Assembly: GCA_944383375.1 (NCBI GenBank)
Contig: CALWPG010000002.1
Span: 19,007 to 83,006, forward strand
Length of the DNA: 64,000 nucleotides
Direction: 5' to 3'
From: an uncultured Clostridia bacterium
Lineage (GTDB): Bacteria; Bacillota; Clostridia; Christensenellales; UBA1242
Shown: positions 52,920 through 62,587 of the stretch, one piece after another
Layout of the letters: every line of letters starts with the position of its first letter
Numbering within the stretch: the stretch's first letter is position 1
Position numbers and translations under genes: made by a program
Notes under the pieces: model-generated
What the model saw: the letters and a program-made list of their open reading frames with translations, nothing else
The model's database searches: none
Told to the model about the DNA's origin: nothing

Positions 52920-54662
52920 ATGGAACTTATAACTGAAAAATTAAATAATATTTTTTTAAAGGCATTTCGTGATGCGGGATATGATGAACAGGATATAAAG
53001 GTGGGTGAATGCGCTATAGAAAAGTTCGGTGACTTCTCTTGCCAATCACCACTTTTTCTTGCAAAAAAATATTATAAAGCACCTTTAATTATCGCCAACG
53101 ATGTACTTTCACATTTGCCACAAAATGAAATTATTAAGGATGCAACTGTGGCCAGCCCTGGCTACATAAATTTTTTTGTTGATGACAAATATCTGGCAAA
53201 ATATTTGCAGGAATATTTGTTTGATGTAGACAAAGCAAGAAAGGCAACGGGTAAAAAGATGCTCATTGACTATGGTGGAGCAAATTGTGCAAAGCCACTA
53301 CACGTTGGACACCTTCGCTCCGCCGACATTGGTGAGAGTATCAAAAGAATAAGGAAATATATGGGTGATGAGTGCATAGCAGATGTTCATCTTGGAGATT
53401 GGGGGCTTCAAATGGGCATGGTTATTTATGCTGTGTGGGAAAAACATCCTGACCTTGTGTATTTTGACCAAGAATACACTGGAGAATATCCAACCCAACC
53501 TCCTTTTAGCATGGAGGAGCTAAAAGTCATGTATCCCGACATCAGCAAAAGGTCAAAAGAAGATGAAAATTTGCACGAAAAAGTCCAACAAATAACATAT
53601 GAATTGCAGCAAGGCAGGCGTGGATATGTTGCACTTTGGCGACATATAATAAATGCGTCAAAAAAACTTATTAAACAAGACTATGACAAACTCAATGCAC
53701 ATTTTGATCTTTGGCTTGGCGAAAGTGATAGCAAGGTATATCAAGATGAGGTTATAGACTATGTCATAAAAAATGGTTATTCGCGTAAAAGCGATGGAGC
53801 AACAATTGTCGATATATCTTTACCTGAAGATAAAGCGACAATCCCACCATTTATGCTTTTAAATTCCGCCGGATCAGCACTTTACAGCACGACAGAACTT
53901 GCCACCATTGTTCAACGTGAAAGAGAACATAATGTAGATGAAATCATGTATGTAGTGGACAACCGTCAAGAGTTGCACTTTGTGCAGGCTTTTAGATGTG
54001 TTAAAAAAATAAATATACTCAAAAAGGATATCGTTTTGCAGTTTGTCGGTTTTGGAACCATGAATGGTCCTGATGGCAAGCCATACAAAACTCGTGATGG
54101 CAAGGCAATGGGGCTTGATGAACTTATGGGCATGGTCAAAAGCAAAGCACTTGAAAAAGTGAGAGAATCTAGACCAGATTACAGTCAACACGAAATTGAA
54201 AATATTTCAGACGTTGTGGCATTATCTGCTCTTAAGTTTGCAGATCTTAGTGTCCTTAGGACAAAAGATCTTATGTTCGATGTTGATAAGTTTTGTTCCT
54301 TTGAGGGAAAGACTGGTCCATATATTTTGTATACAATCACCAGAGCAAATTCCATACTTGCAAAGGTAGAAAAACCAAGTGGAGATTTTTGCCTCCTAGA
54401 CGAGGATAGAAAACTTGCATTGTGTTTGATTAAATTCACAGATTCCATAAAACAGGCATATGAAAAATCCGCACCATCATATCTGTGTGATTATGCTTAT
54501 AATTTGGCAAATGAATTCAATACATTTTACGGAAAATCTAGCATAATATATGAAACAAATGAAACAAAAAAATATTCAAAAATAATGCTCACAAATTACA
54601 CAAAAAATATGTTGAAAAAATGTATGGAATTACTTGCAATAAACACACTGGAAAAAATGTAA
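52920..54662 (+). CDS. argS: Arginine--tRNA ligase
   Basis: KPLHVGHLRSADIGES (class I HIGH region in the ArgRS context) and a C-terminal DALR-type anticodon-binding region ending in M. The ATG at 52920 (GAGG 6 nt upstream) is preferred over 52908 because of the promoter position. Confidence 0.88.
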   Translation: MELITEKLNNIFLKAFRDAGYDEQDIKVGECAIEKFGDFSCQSPLFLAKKYYKAPLIIANDVLSHLPQNEIIKDATVASPGYINFFVDDKYLAKYLQEYLFDVDKARKATGKKMLIDYGGANCAKPLHVGHLRSADIGESIKRIRKYMGDECIADVHLGDWGLQMGMVIYAVWEKHPDLVYFDQEYTGEYPTQPPFSMEELKVMYPDISKRSKEDENLHEKVQQITYELQQGRRGYVALWRHIINASKKLIKQDYDKLNAHFDLWLGESDSKVYQDEVIDYVIKNGYSRKSDGATIVDISLPEDKATIPPFMLLNSAGSALYSTTELATIVQREREHNVDEIMYVVDNRQELHFVQAFRCVKKINILKKDIVLQFVGFGTMNGPDGKPYKTRDGKAMGLDELMGMVKSKALEKVRESRPDYSQHEIENISDVVALSALKFADLSVLRTKDLMFDVDKFCSFEGKTGPYILYTITRANSILAKVEKPSGDFCLLDEDRKLALCLIKFTDSIKQAYEKSAPSYLCDYAYNLANEFNTFYGKSSIIYETNETKKYSKIMLTNYTKNMLKKCMELLAINTLEKM

Positions 54663-54680
54663 AATTATTGGAGAAAAAAA

Positions 54681-55091
54681 ATGACTAACTCAAAAAAAAT
54701 TTGTGCAATATTTTTGGTATATAGACGAAAATTTAAACAGCTTAATGAAGAAATTAATTTGGCATTAAAACCATATAAAATAACAGTTCAACATGCTGTT
54801 TATCTTATTGCATTAAAGGCGCAAGGCGCTTTGACCATAAAAGATTTAAATGCCTATGTAGACAATGACAAAGCAATTACAACAAGAGTAATAAAAACTT
54901 TAAAAAGACATGATTATGTTGAAAAAATAGGCAGTAAAATAAAAAAATATAAAATTGCAATTACGGCTGACGGCGAAAAGGTATTTAAAGTTATTTTAAA
55001 TGTAATAAATAAATTTAAAAAATCGCAATTAAATGTTATTACTCAGGAAGAATTAACTTTGCTTGCCGGCATTGCTGAAAAATTAAATTAG
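54681..55091 (+). CDS. MarR-family transcriptional regulator
   Basis: 136 aa. Winged-HTH pattern ITVQHAVYLIALKAQGALTIKDLNAYVDNDKAITTRVIKTLKRHDYVEK. Confidence 0.7.
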   Translation: MTNSKKICAIFLVYRRKFKQLNEEINLALKPYKITVQHAVYLIALKAQGALTIKDLNAYVDNDKAITTRVIKTLKRHDYVEKIGSKIKKYKIAITADGEKVFKVILNVINKFKKSQLNVITQEELTLLAGIAEKLN

Positions 55092-55102
55092 GAGGAAAAG
55101 TT

Positions 55103-55459
55103 ATGGGGTTTTTAAATGGTTTTTTAAGAACACTTGGCTTTGAGGGAGATAAAAAGAAAACACCACCAAAAGAAAATGATCAACAAAAACAAAAAATGCA
55201 ATCTACTCAGGCACAGTATGATTTAAAAAATTTAAAAGAGAAGCCTGTGCTGTATGAGCCTAAATCGCAAAGCGAAGTGCAAACACTTGTTGATAAATTT
55301 AAAAATGGGGAAGATATACTTGTCGATTTAAAAAATATGGAACCAAAAGAACGCACAAGAGCACTTGATTTTTTCTCTGGCGCAACCTATGCATTGTCTG
55401 GAAAAATAAAGCAAAGTGATACAACAACCTATTTCTTTTGTCATTTGGAGTTGGAATGA
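55103..55459 (+). CDS. sepF: Cell division protein SepF
   Basis: N-terminal amphipathic MGFLNGFLRTLGF. Its C-terminal domain reads YEPKSQSEVQTLVDKFKNGEDILVDLKNMEPKERTRALDFFSGATYALSG, which matches the DUF552/SepF pattern. Confidence 0.8.
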   Translation: MGFLNGFLRTLGFEGDKKKTPPKENDQQKQKMQSTQAQYDLKNLKEKPVLYEPKSQSEVQTLVDKFKNGEDILVDLKNMEPKERTRALDFFSGATYALSGKIKQSDTTTYFFCHLELE

Positions 55460-55971
55460 AGTTTTTGAACAAACCGTTTTTCTATAAAATTCGATATGGA
55501 ATAATCACGACACTTGTTGTGGTTGTGTGTTTGTTTTGGGATTTGTTTACAAAAATTATAACTGATGGATTTGATATAATAGTTATTGATGGATTTTTAT
55601 GGTTTTCATCAATTCACAACACAGGTGCTGCTTATGGTATATTAAGTGGGCAAACTACACTTTTGATAGTTTTGTCGTGCGTGATGATCGTGCTTATTTT
55701 ATTGTATAATTATTTTCACAAAAACAAGAGTATTTTTTACACCATCACCATGGGCTTGATTCTTGGTGGTGCAATTGGAAATTTGATAGATAGAATTTTC
55801 TTGGGCTATGTGAGAGATTTCATTAAATTCAGCTTTTTCAGCTTCACTTTTAACCTGGCTGATGCTTTTTTGACTGTAGGGGTTGTCATGTTTGTTATTT
55901 ATCTGTTGTTTTTTGACGGTCTGTTTAAATCAAAAAAACGTCGTGGTGGTGGATATGACGGTAGAAGTTGA
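55456..55971 (+). CDS. lspA: Lipoprotein signal peptidase (signal peptidase II)
   Basis: The ATG at 55456 overlaps the sepF stop (ATGA). Four TM segments. NTGAAYG and FNLADAF motifs carry the catalytic Asp residues. Confidence 0.85.
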   Translation: MKFLNKPFFYKIRYGIITTLVVVVCLFWDLFTKIITDGFDIIVIDGFLWFSSIHNTGAAYGILSGQTTLLIVLSCVMIVLILLYNYFHKNKSIFYTITMGLILGGAIGNLIDRIFLGYVRDFIKFSFFSFTFNLADAFLTVGVVMFVIYLLFFDGLFKSKKRRGGGYDGRS

Positions 55972-56875
55972 CAAAAAAAATGTGAGGCTTGATGTTTTTT
56001 TGCAAAGTAAAATTGATGACTATACTCGATCACACATACAAAAGATGATTGACTGTGATCTTGTCAAAGTAAATGGCACAGTTGCAAAAAAATGTGGGCA
56101 AAAGCTCAAAAGTGGTGATGTAATCGAATATGAGTTATTGCCTATCAAAAAGCTTAGCACTAAAGCAGAAGACATCGACCTTGACATTGTGTATGAGGAC
56201 AAAGATTTGCTTGTAATAAATAAACCTCAGGGGCTTGTAGTGCATCCGGCAAGTGGCAGTGAAAGTCATACGCTTGTCAATGCACTTATGTACCATGTGC
56301 ACGACTTAAGCTCAATCAATGGAGTAATTCGTCCTGGCATTGTGCATAGACTTGACAAAAATACCTCTGGACTGTTGGTCGTGGCAAAAAATGACAAGGC
56401 ACATTTGTGTCTTTCAAAACAAATTCAAGAAAAGACTTGCAAAAGATGTTACATTGCACTTTGCGATGGCAATTTCAAAGAGGACCAAGGCACAATAGTT
56501 ACTCACATAGCACGAAGCAAAAAAGATAGAAAAAAAATGGCAGTGTGTGATGACAATGAGGGCAAACTCGCAATAACAAATTATCGTGTGGTTGAAAGGT
56601 ACCAAGATTATACACTGGTTGAATTTGAATTGAAAACTGGCAGAACACATCAGATAAGGGTACATGCAAGTTATATTCATCATCCCATAGTCGGTGACGA
56701 TGTATATGGCAAAAAATCCAAGTTTAAACTTTCCGGGCAACTTCTTCATGCCTACAAAATAGAATTTCATCAGCCATCCACAGATGAATTGATTTGTGTC
56801 ACATGTGATTTGCCTCAGTATTTTAAAGATGTACTGCAAATTTTGGAAAATAAAAAAAACAGTTGCAAAATTTAA
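55955..56875 (+). CDS. rluD: RluA-family 23S rRNA pseudouridine synthase (RluD-like)
   Basis: ATG at 55955 (GGTGG SD). S4 domain RLDVFL. Catalytic HRLDKNTSGLLVVAK. HQIRVH motif. lspA-rluD adjacency as in Bacillus. Confidence 0.85.
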   Translation: MTVEVDKKNVRLDVFLQSKIDDYTRSHIQKMIDCDLVKVNGTVAKKCGQKLKSGDVIEYELLPIKKLSTKAEDIDLDIVYEDKDLLVINKPQGLVVHPASGSESHTLVNALMYHVHDLSSINGVIRPGIVHRLDKNTSGLLVVAKNDKAHLCLSKQIQEKTCKRCYIALCDGNFKEDQGTIVTHIARSKKDRKKMAVCDDNEGKLAITNYRVVERYQDYTLVEFELKTGRTHQIRVHASYIHHPIVGDDVYGKKSKFKLSGQLLHAYKIEFHQPSTDELICVTCDLPQYFKDVLQILENKKNSCKI

Positions 56876-56921
56876 GTAAAGTAAATATACTATATGACGT
56901 AGATTTATAAAGGAGATAATT

Positions 56922-57179
56922 ATGAAAAAGTTTATGAATATGCTTGCCTTCATTGGTATTGTGGTTGTTGCTGTTGCATTGCTTATTGCAAAAATTCTTG
57001 CATTGGTCAATGTAAGTGCAGGTGCAGTTACAGCATTGCAAATGGTTGGTGAATGTATCGCTTACATAGTCACAATGGTTTATGCATTCTACTTTGTCAA
57101 GAACAAACGCAATGTTTGGTGGTGGGTTGCATATGTCGCTGCCGTTGTAGTCGTGGTTTTACTTGTCATTTTGCGTTAA
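56922..57179 (+). CDS. Small membrane protein (85 aa, three predicted TM helices)
   Basis: AAGGAG SD and a hydrophobic sequence throughout. It is followed by a strong terminator. Confidence 0.55.
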   Translation: MKKFMNMLAFIGIVVVAVALLIAKILALVNVSAGAVTALQMVGECIAYIVTMVYAFYFVKNKRNVWWWVAYVAAVVVVVLLVILR

Positions 57180-57194
57180 TAGATGGAGTGGCAA

Positions 57195-57229
57195 AAAGGC
57201 ACAAGTGGCGAGCTTGTGCCTTTGTTTTT
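57195..57229 (+). terminator. Intrinsic terminator
   Basis: AAAGGCACAAG-TGGCGAG-CTTGTGCCTTT followed by GTTTTT. Confidence 0.75.
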
Positions 57230-57311
57230 AAAAGTGAAAATATAACAAAGTTAGACAAATTGTCCATGTTAAATATCATCTTTATGTGCTAAAATATTTT
57301 GGTGTAAAATT

Positions 57312-57339
57312 TTGGAATATTTGCACACTGTGATATAAT
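57312..57339 (+). promoter_or_regulatory. Promoter of the tig-clpP-clpX cluster
   Basis: TTGGAA (57312-57317), a 16-nt spacer, then TGaTATAAT (-10 at 57334-57339). Confidence 0.55.
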
Positions 57340-57371
57340 CGACCTGGAAAACATTAAGGAGAAAATATAAA

Positions 57372-58652
57372 ATGTACAAAATTAAAAAATTAGAAAATAA
57401 CAAATATCAAATTACAATCAGTGCAGACAAACAAACATGGGAGAAATATGTTGATCATGCATATGAAGAAAACAAAGAAAAATTTAATATTGAAGGTTTC
57501 AGAAAGGGCAAAGCACCAAGAGCTATAATTGAAAAAAATTATGGTGCATCAGTTTTTTATGATGATGCACTTGATCATCTTTTTGCCCACGAGTATTCAG
57601 AAGCACTCGCAAGTGAAAAAGATATTGAGCCAGTTTCAAATCCAGAGATAAAGATAGACAAGTTTGATGAAGATGGCATTGTCCTTATCGCTGAAGTTCA
57701 GTCGATGCCAGATGTAAAACTTGGTGCTTACAAAGGCCTCACCATTGAAAAAGCAAAAGGTGAAGTTAGCGAAAAAGATGTTGAAAAAGAATTAGAGCAG
57801 GCGCGTGAACGTCAAGCAAGATATGTTGAGGTTGACAGAGAGGCAAAAGAAGGTGACTATGTGGTAATCGACTTCACAGGATACACCGATAATAAAGCTT
57901 TTGATGGTGGTGCAGCACAGGACTATAGGTTGAAATTGGGTTCTCACACCTTCATTGAGGGCTTTGAGGATCAACTTGTTGGTCTTAAAAAAGATGACAA
58001 AAAGGATGTAAAAGTCACATTCCCAGTTGATTATTTTAGTGATGAACTTAAAGGCAAGGATGCAATTTTTGATGTCACAGTGAAAAAAGTTGAAGAGAAA
58101 ACTCTTCCACCTCTAGATGATGAATTTGCATCAAATATATCTGAGTTTGAAACTTTGGCAGAGTACAAGGCGGATATAAAGAAACATTTGGAAGAAAATT
58201 TGCAAGCAAGGCTTAAACGCGAAGATGAAAACAAAATCATTGAAACTATAGTTGCTTCAAGTGAAGTTGAGATACCAGATGTTCTTGTCGAACGCCAGTT
58301 GGATAGCTTCATCGACGATTTTTCAATGAGACTTAGTTATCAAGGCTTTAAACTCGATGATTACCTAAAACAAGCCAACATAAGCCTAGAAGACTTAAGA
58401 AATGAAAGAAGAGAACAAGCTAAAGAAGTTGTAAAAACCAGACTTGTTTTGGAGGCAATTGTAAAACAAGAAAATCTTGATGTCACCGATGCTGAGCTTG
58501 ATGAAAAATTAACTGAAACAGCTCAAAAATATGGCAAGACATTGGAAGAATACAAGAAAAATCTTGGCGACAGAAATATTGCTTACATTCAAAATGATAT
58601 ACTCATGACCAAACTTATAACATTACTTACAAATGGAAACACTTTAAAATAA
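57372..58652 (+). CDS. tig: Trigger factor
   Basis: GFRKGKAP ribosome-binding signature near the N-terminus, a central FKBP-type PPIase region (DFTGY...FDGG) and AAGGAG SD. Confidence 0.92.
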   Translation: MYKIKKLENNKYQITISADKQTWEKYVDHAYEENKEKFNIEGFRKGKAPRAIIEKNYGASVFYDDALDHLFAHEYSEALASEKDIEPVSNPEIKIDKFDEDGIVLIAEVQSMPDVKLGAYKGLTIEKAKGEVSEKDVEKELEQARERQARYVEVDREAKEGDYVVIDFTGYTDNKAFDGGAAQDYRLKLGSHTFIEGFEDQLVGLKKDDKKDVKVTFPVDYFSDELKGKDAIFDVTVKKVEEKTLPPLDDEFASNISEFETLAEYKADIKKHLEENLQARLKREDENKIIETIVASSEVEIPDVLVERQLDSFIDDFSMRLSYQGFKLDDYLKQANISLEDLRNERREQAKEVVKTRLVLEAIVKQENLDVTDAELDEKLTETAQKYGKTLEEYKKNLGDRNIAYIQNDILMTKLITLLTNGNTLK

Positions 58653-58669
58653 TAGTAAAAGGAGAAATT

Positions 58670-59266
58670 ATGCTTATACCTATGGTAATTGACCAAACCA
58701 GCCGTGGTGAAAGGTCATATGACATCTACTCAAGACTTTTGGAAGATAGGATAATATTTGTGACAGGTGAGATAAATGATGACACTGCAAATGTGGTTGT
58801 AGCTCAACTTATTTACCTTGAGGGCAAAGATCCTAAAAAAGATATTTCAATGTATATAAACAGTCCCGGTGGTTCAATTTCTGCCGGAATGGCAATTCTT
58901 GATACCATGAAATACATCAGTTGTGATGTTAGCACAATTTGCATTGGCTGTTGTGCCTCCATGGGTGCTGTGCTTCTTGCAAGTGGAACAAAGGGCAAAC
59001 GTTTTGCTCTTCCAAATAGCGATATCATGATCCATCAGCCACTTGGCTATGGTATTCAAGGTCAGGCTAGTGACATTGAAATTGCTTCAAAACGTATAAT
59101 GAAAAATAAGATGACAATAAATCAAATGCTTAGTGACTTCACTGGTCAGCCAGTTGAAAAAATTCAGCAGGACACTGATAGAGATAATTTTATGACAGCC
59201 AGTGAAGCAATGGAGTATGGACTTATAGATAAGGTAATTGATAAAAGACAAGTAGAAATCAAATAG
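58670..59266 (+). CDS. clpP: ATP-dependent Clp protease proteolytic subunit
   Basis: [29 protein letters not shown] and the active-site context [13 protein letters not shown] (Ser) plus IMIHQP (His). Confidence 0.95.
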   Translation: MLIPMVIDQTSRGERSYDIYSRLLEDRIIFVTGEINDDTANVVVAQLIYLEGKDPKKDISMYINSPGGSISAGMAILDTMKYISCDVSTICIGCCASMGAVLLASGTKGKRFALPNSDIMIHQPLGYGIQGQASDIEIASKRIMKNKMTINQMLSDFTGQPVEKIQQDTDRDNFMTASEAMEYGLIDKVIDKRQVEIK

Positions 59267-59275
59267 GAGGGGAAA

Positions 59276-60547
59276 ATGAAAGATAACGAAGATATGATTT
59301 GCTCATTTTGTGGGAAATCTCAACGTGTTGCAAAAAAACTCATAGCAAATCCAACTGGTGATTGTTATATCTGTGATGAGTGTGTTGAAATTTGCCGTGA
59401 CATAATCAAAGATTCTGTAACAAGCAGTGATTTTGAACCTATTGATTTGCCAGCACCGCACGAAATCAAAGCCGCTTTGGACCAATACATCGTTGGTCAA
59501 GAAGATGCAAAAAAGGTACTTTCGGTGGCAGTATACAACCACTACAAACGCATAAATTATCTATCCGACCAAAAAAATGTTAAAAATGATGACTACGTTG
59601 AACTTGAAAAATCAAACATATTGATGGTTGGACCAACAGGCTGTGGCAAGACACTGCTCGCAAAAACTCTTGCAAAGATACTAAAAGTTCCTTTTGCAAC
59701 TGCAGATGCCACAACATTGACTCAGGCAGGATATGTTGGTGAGGACGTTGAAAATATTCTTTTAAAACTCATACAAAATGCAGACTACGACATAAAAAAA
59801 GCAGAAAGAGGCATTGTGTATGTCGATGAAATAGACAAAATTGCAAAAAAGAGTGAAAATGTTTCCATCACACGTGATGTTTCTGGTGAAGGCGTGCAGC
59901 AGGCATTACTGAAGATAATTGAAAGTACTGTTGCATCTGTTCCACCACAAGGAGGAAGGAAGCATCCACAACAAGAAAACATTCAAATAGACACATCAAA
60001 CATATTGTTTATATGTGGAGGTGCCTTTGTGGGACTAGATAAAGTTGTTGAGTCCAGACTCAATCAGTCTTCGCTTGGGTTCAATGCAAATGTGACAAAA
60101 TTTTCAGAAGATTCATCAAAACTGATACAAAATCTTCAGCCACAGGACTTGATTCAGTATGGACTTATTCCAGAATTTGTCGGGAGGCTTCCTGTTGTTG
60201 TTGGACTCAGTGACCTTAATGAACAGGCACTTGTTGAGATCATGACAAAACCAAAAAATGCAATAATCAAACAGTACAAAAAACTTTTTGATATTGAACA
60301 TATTGATCTTGAAATCAAACCTGCGGCAATCAGAGCTGTGTCTAAAAAAGCGCTTGAACTCAAAACTGGTGCCAGAGGACTTAGAACAATTCTTGAAGGC
60401 AAGATGCTTGATCTTATGTATAACGTTCCTGATGACAAAAAGATTACAAAAATCATCATAGACGAAGATTGTATAACAAAAAACGCGAAACCTACAATAA
60501 TCCGCGAAGAAGAGCAGCCAGAAAAAAAAGTCGTAGGTCAGGAGTAA
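59276..60547 (+). CDS. clpX: ATP-dependent Clp protease ATP-binding subunit ClpX
   Basis: N-terminal zinc finger CSFCGK...CYICDEC, Walker A GPTGCGKT, Walker B VYVDEIDK and GARGLR sensor motif. Confidence 0.95.
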   Translation: MKDNEDMICSFCGKSQRVAKKLIANPTGDCYICDECVEICRDIIKDSVTSSDFEPIDLPAPHEIKAALDQYIVGQEDAKKVLSVAVYNHYKRINYLSDQKNVKNDDYVELEKSNILMVGPTGCGKTLLAKTLAKILKVPFATADATTLTQAGYVGEDVENILLKLIQNADYDIKKAERGIVYVDEIDKIAKKSENVSITRDVSGEGVQQALLKIIESTVASVPPQGGRKHPQQENIQIDTSNILFICGGAFVGLDKVVESRLNQSSLGFNANVTKFSEDSSKLIQNLQPQDLIQYGLIPEFVGRLPVVVGLSDLNEQALVEIMTKPKNAIIKQYKKLFDIEHIDLEIKPAAIRAVSKKALELKTGARGLRTILEGKMLDLMYNVPDDKKITKIIIDEDCITKNAKPTIIREEEQPEKKVVGQE

Positions 60548-60552
60548 ATATT

Positions 60553-60581
60553 AAAAAAACCGAGCTAAACTCGGTTTTTTT
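60553..60581. terminator. Bidirectional terminator between clpX and the convergent gene
   Basis: AAAAAAA-CCGAG-CTAAA-CTCGG-TTTTTTT. Confidence 0.7.
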
Positions 60582-60774
60582 ATGCTTCTTCATTTAATTT
60601 TTTAAGTACGAAATCAAGATCAAGTCCATGTGCTGCACAAGCTTCTTCCAATGTTTCCATTTGGCTTAATGGGCAGGTGAAACAGTGCATGCCAAATCCA
60701 GCCAAAACATCCAAAAGGTCTTCATTGTAGTTTGCAACATCCATAATAGTCCAATCTTTGGTTATTTGTTCCAT
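60580..60774 (-). CDS. DUF1858-domain protein (hybrid-cluster-protein-associated redox disulfide domain)
   Basis: 64 aa. TIMDVANYNEDLLDVLAGFGMHCFTCPLSQMETLEEACAAHGLD matches the typical DUF1858 pattern with the C-x-x-C pair. Confidence 0.7.
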   Translation of the reverse strand: MEQITKDWTIMDVANYNEDLLDVLAGFGMHCFTCPLSQMETLEEACAAHGLDLDFVLKKLNEEA

Positions 60775-60829
60775 ATAGTTCTCCTTTTACTAATTTAAAT
60801 TTCCAACTTTGTTCGAAATGATATGATTT

Positions 60830-61423
60830 TTAACTTATTGTCTCATCTAAATATGTCGCCATGTTGTCGGCAATGTGGAGCATAAAAGCATGTGGAAATT
60901 TATAATATATATCACTTAAACTCACCCCACCTTTGGCACGCATGTCATACTCGCCCATATGCCAATTTATACACATTGCCTCTTCGCGTGTAAGGCGCAT
61001 GAAGCCATTCACAATATAAACCGACTTCTCGCCATGACCATATGGGAGTTTGTCGTTTGTGGTGAAGTAAGGCACTTGCACCCAAATACCATTTTGTTTG
61101 ACATTTTTGTAGTCTTGAACATATGTATCAACTTTACATAAATCATGAAACAGGGCAACAATTGTTGCACTTTCAAGTGAAAAATGCTGCTGCCACTCCT
61201 CGCTATACTCTGATTTTAAAATTTTGACAAATCTTTCAAACACGTTTAAACTATGTTTGCACAATCCACCCGAGTAGTTGGAGTGATATCTTGTTGAGGC
61301 AGGAGCAGTGAAAAAGTCCGTCTTTTGCAAGTAGTCAAGTAGTGCGTCCAACCCCTCTCTTTTTATGTTGGTTTTTGCCAAATCTAAAAATATATTTTTA
61401 TTTTCTTGGATAATATCATCCAT
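60830..61423 (-). CDS. HD-domain metal-dependent phosphohydrolase
   Basis: RYHSNYSGGLCKHSL (H) and ALFHDLCK (HD) motifs. 197 aa. Confidence 0.7.
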   Translation of the reverse strand: MDDIIQENKNIFLDLAKTNIKREGLDALLDYLQKTDFFTAPASTRYHSNYSGGLCKHSLNVFERFVKILKSEYSEEWQQHFSLESATIVALFHDLCKVDTYVQDYKNVKQNGIWVQVPYFTTNDKLPYGHGEKSVYIVNGFMRLTREEAMCINWHMGEYDMRAKGGVSLSDIYYKFPHAFMLHIADNMATYLDETIS

Positions 61424-61488
61424 TTCTTTGCTCCTTTGTTTTATTATGTTACCATAAATTTAATCACATCACAACATTACAACATAAA

Positions 61489-61653
61489 ATGATACATATG
61501 AATGACAATGAAATTGAACAAATAATAGGTCTAGCAACGGTATTTTCAACCACACTTTCAAAAAATTGTAGCAGAGAAGAACTTGTGCAATACAGAGTGT
61601 TTTTTCAAACCGTTACCAATAATTTAAACTCAATATTGTCCTCAAAAAAGTGA
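61489..61653 (+). CDS. Possible unannotated small protein (54 aa)
   Basis: An ATG-to-TGA ORF below the track's length cut-off fills an otherwise empty 240-nt gap. It reads MIHMNDNEIEQIIGLATVFSTTLSKNCSREELVQYRVFFQTVTNNLNSILSSKK and looks like a helix-turn-helix-like hairpin. No clear SD. Confidence 0.3.
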   Translation: MIHMNDNEIEQIIGLATVFSTTLSKNCSREELVQYRVFFQTVTNNLNSILSSKK

Positions 61654-61664
61654 AACTTATCTAT

Positions 61665-62585
61665 CTATTTTTTCAGTCTTAAGTCGCTGTTTTCAACATT
61701 AAGTACGAGCGAACTGGTTTGGCATAACAACCTTGAAAACACTCTATCGCCGTAGTAATCTTGAATTTGCTTTGGGGATAGGTTAGTGGAAATAACTGTT
61801 TTTTTGTTGTTTCTCATTCTTTCTGAAATGACATTATACATCCCCTCCACGGTAACATTTTTAAGCAATGGTTCTGTTCCCAAATCATCAATAAATAAGT
61901 AATCTGGTTCAAGCAAAAGCGCAATGTTGTCAGCTTTTGTTTCATCAAATGTCGTGTGGTATTTAAGTAAATTTTGGTTCATCTCAAAAGCAGAGGTGAA
62001 ATACACGATGCTTTCACTTTCTATCAATTTGTTAGCCATGCACTGCATCAAATATGTTTTTCCGGCACCCGTTTTTCCTATGAGCAGGACATTTAAGTAG
62101 CCGTTATCTTTCTTACACCAATTTTCAAGAAGTACATATAGTTTTTTTGTTTTTTGTGCATCATCAAAGATATTAAAATCACAACTTTTGAAATTGTTAT
62201 TTCTTACTTTTGCGAGGCCACTTTTTTCATAAAGTATATTATTTATTTCATGTTTTAGACATGAACAGATCAAGCCATTTACATAACCTGTGTCATCACA
62301 CTTTGTGCAGGTATAATGAGGTGAGATTGCCTTTGGCTCAATACCAATTTGATTTAATATTTTTTCTTGTTTACTATAAAGTTTTGGCAAATCATACGCA
62401 AGTGGTTGCCCATAGACCTCTGCCTTTGCATTTTCCATTTCAGCCTGTTTAATTTGTCTAAAATTTTCTTTAAATTCATCATTTTGCATTGCTTTTTCAA
62501 AAAAAGTGTAGGCAAGGTTGTCAGCTTCTTGATGTTTTTCTTTGATTTTTTGCAATGCTGATTGGACAATTTGTTTGTTTAACAT
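61665..62585 (-). CDS. dnaI: Primosomal helicase loader DnaI (DnaC/IstB-like AAA+ ATPase)
   Basis: N-terminal zinc module CTKCDDTGYVNGLICSC, Walker A GKTGAGKTYL and Walker B YLFIDDLGTE. It lies directly downstream of a DnaB/DnaD-type gene, as in Bacillus dnaB-dnaI. Confidence 0.8.
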   Translation of the reverse strand: MLNKQIVQSALQKIKEKHQEADNLAYTFFEKAMQNDEFKENFRQIKQAEMENAKAEVYGQPLAYDLPKLYSKQEKILNQIGIEPKAISPHYTCTKCDDTGYVNGLICSCLKHEINNILYEKSGLAKVRNNNFKSCDFNIFDDAQKTKKLYVLLENWCKKDNGYLNVLLIGKTGAGKTYLMQCMANKLIESESIVYFTSAFEMNQNLLKYHTTFDETKADNIALLLEPDYLFIDDLGTEPLLKNVTVEGMYNVISERMRNNKKTVISTNLSPKQIQDYYGDRVFSRLLCQTSSLVLNVENSDLRLKK

Positions 62586-62587
62586 AT

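Noticed and set aside
56414-57010. 198-aa minus-strand ORF, the longest non-called ORF in the track.
   Set aside because: It is fully antisense to the 3' half of rluD, which has the HRLD catalytic and HQIRVH motifs, and to the small membrane-protein gene. Its sequence is F/I/C/N-rich and of low information, with no SD.
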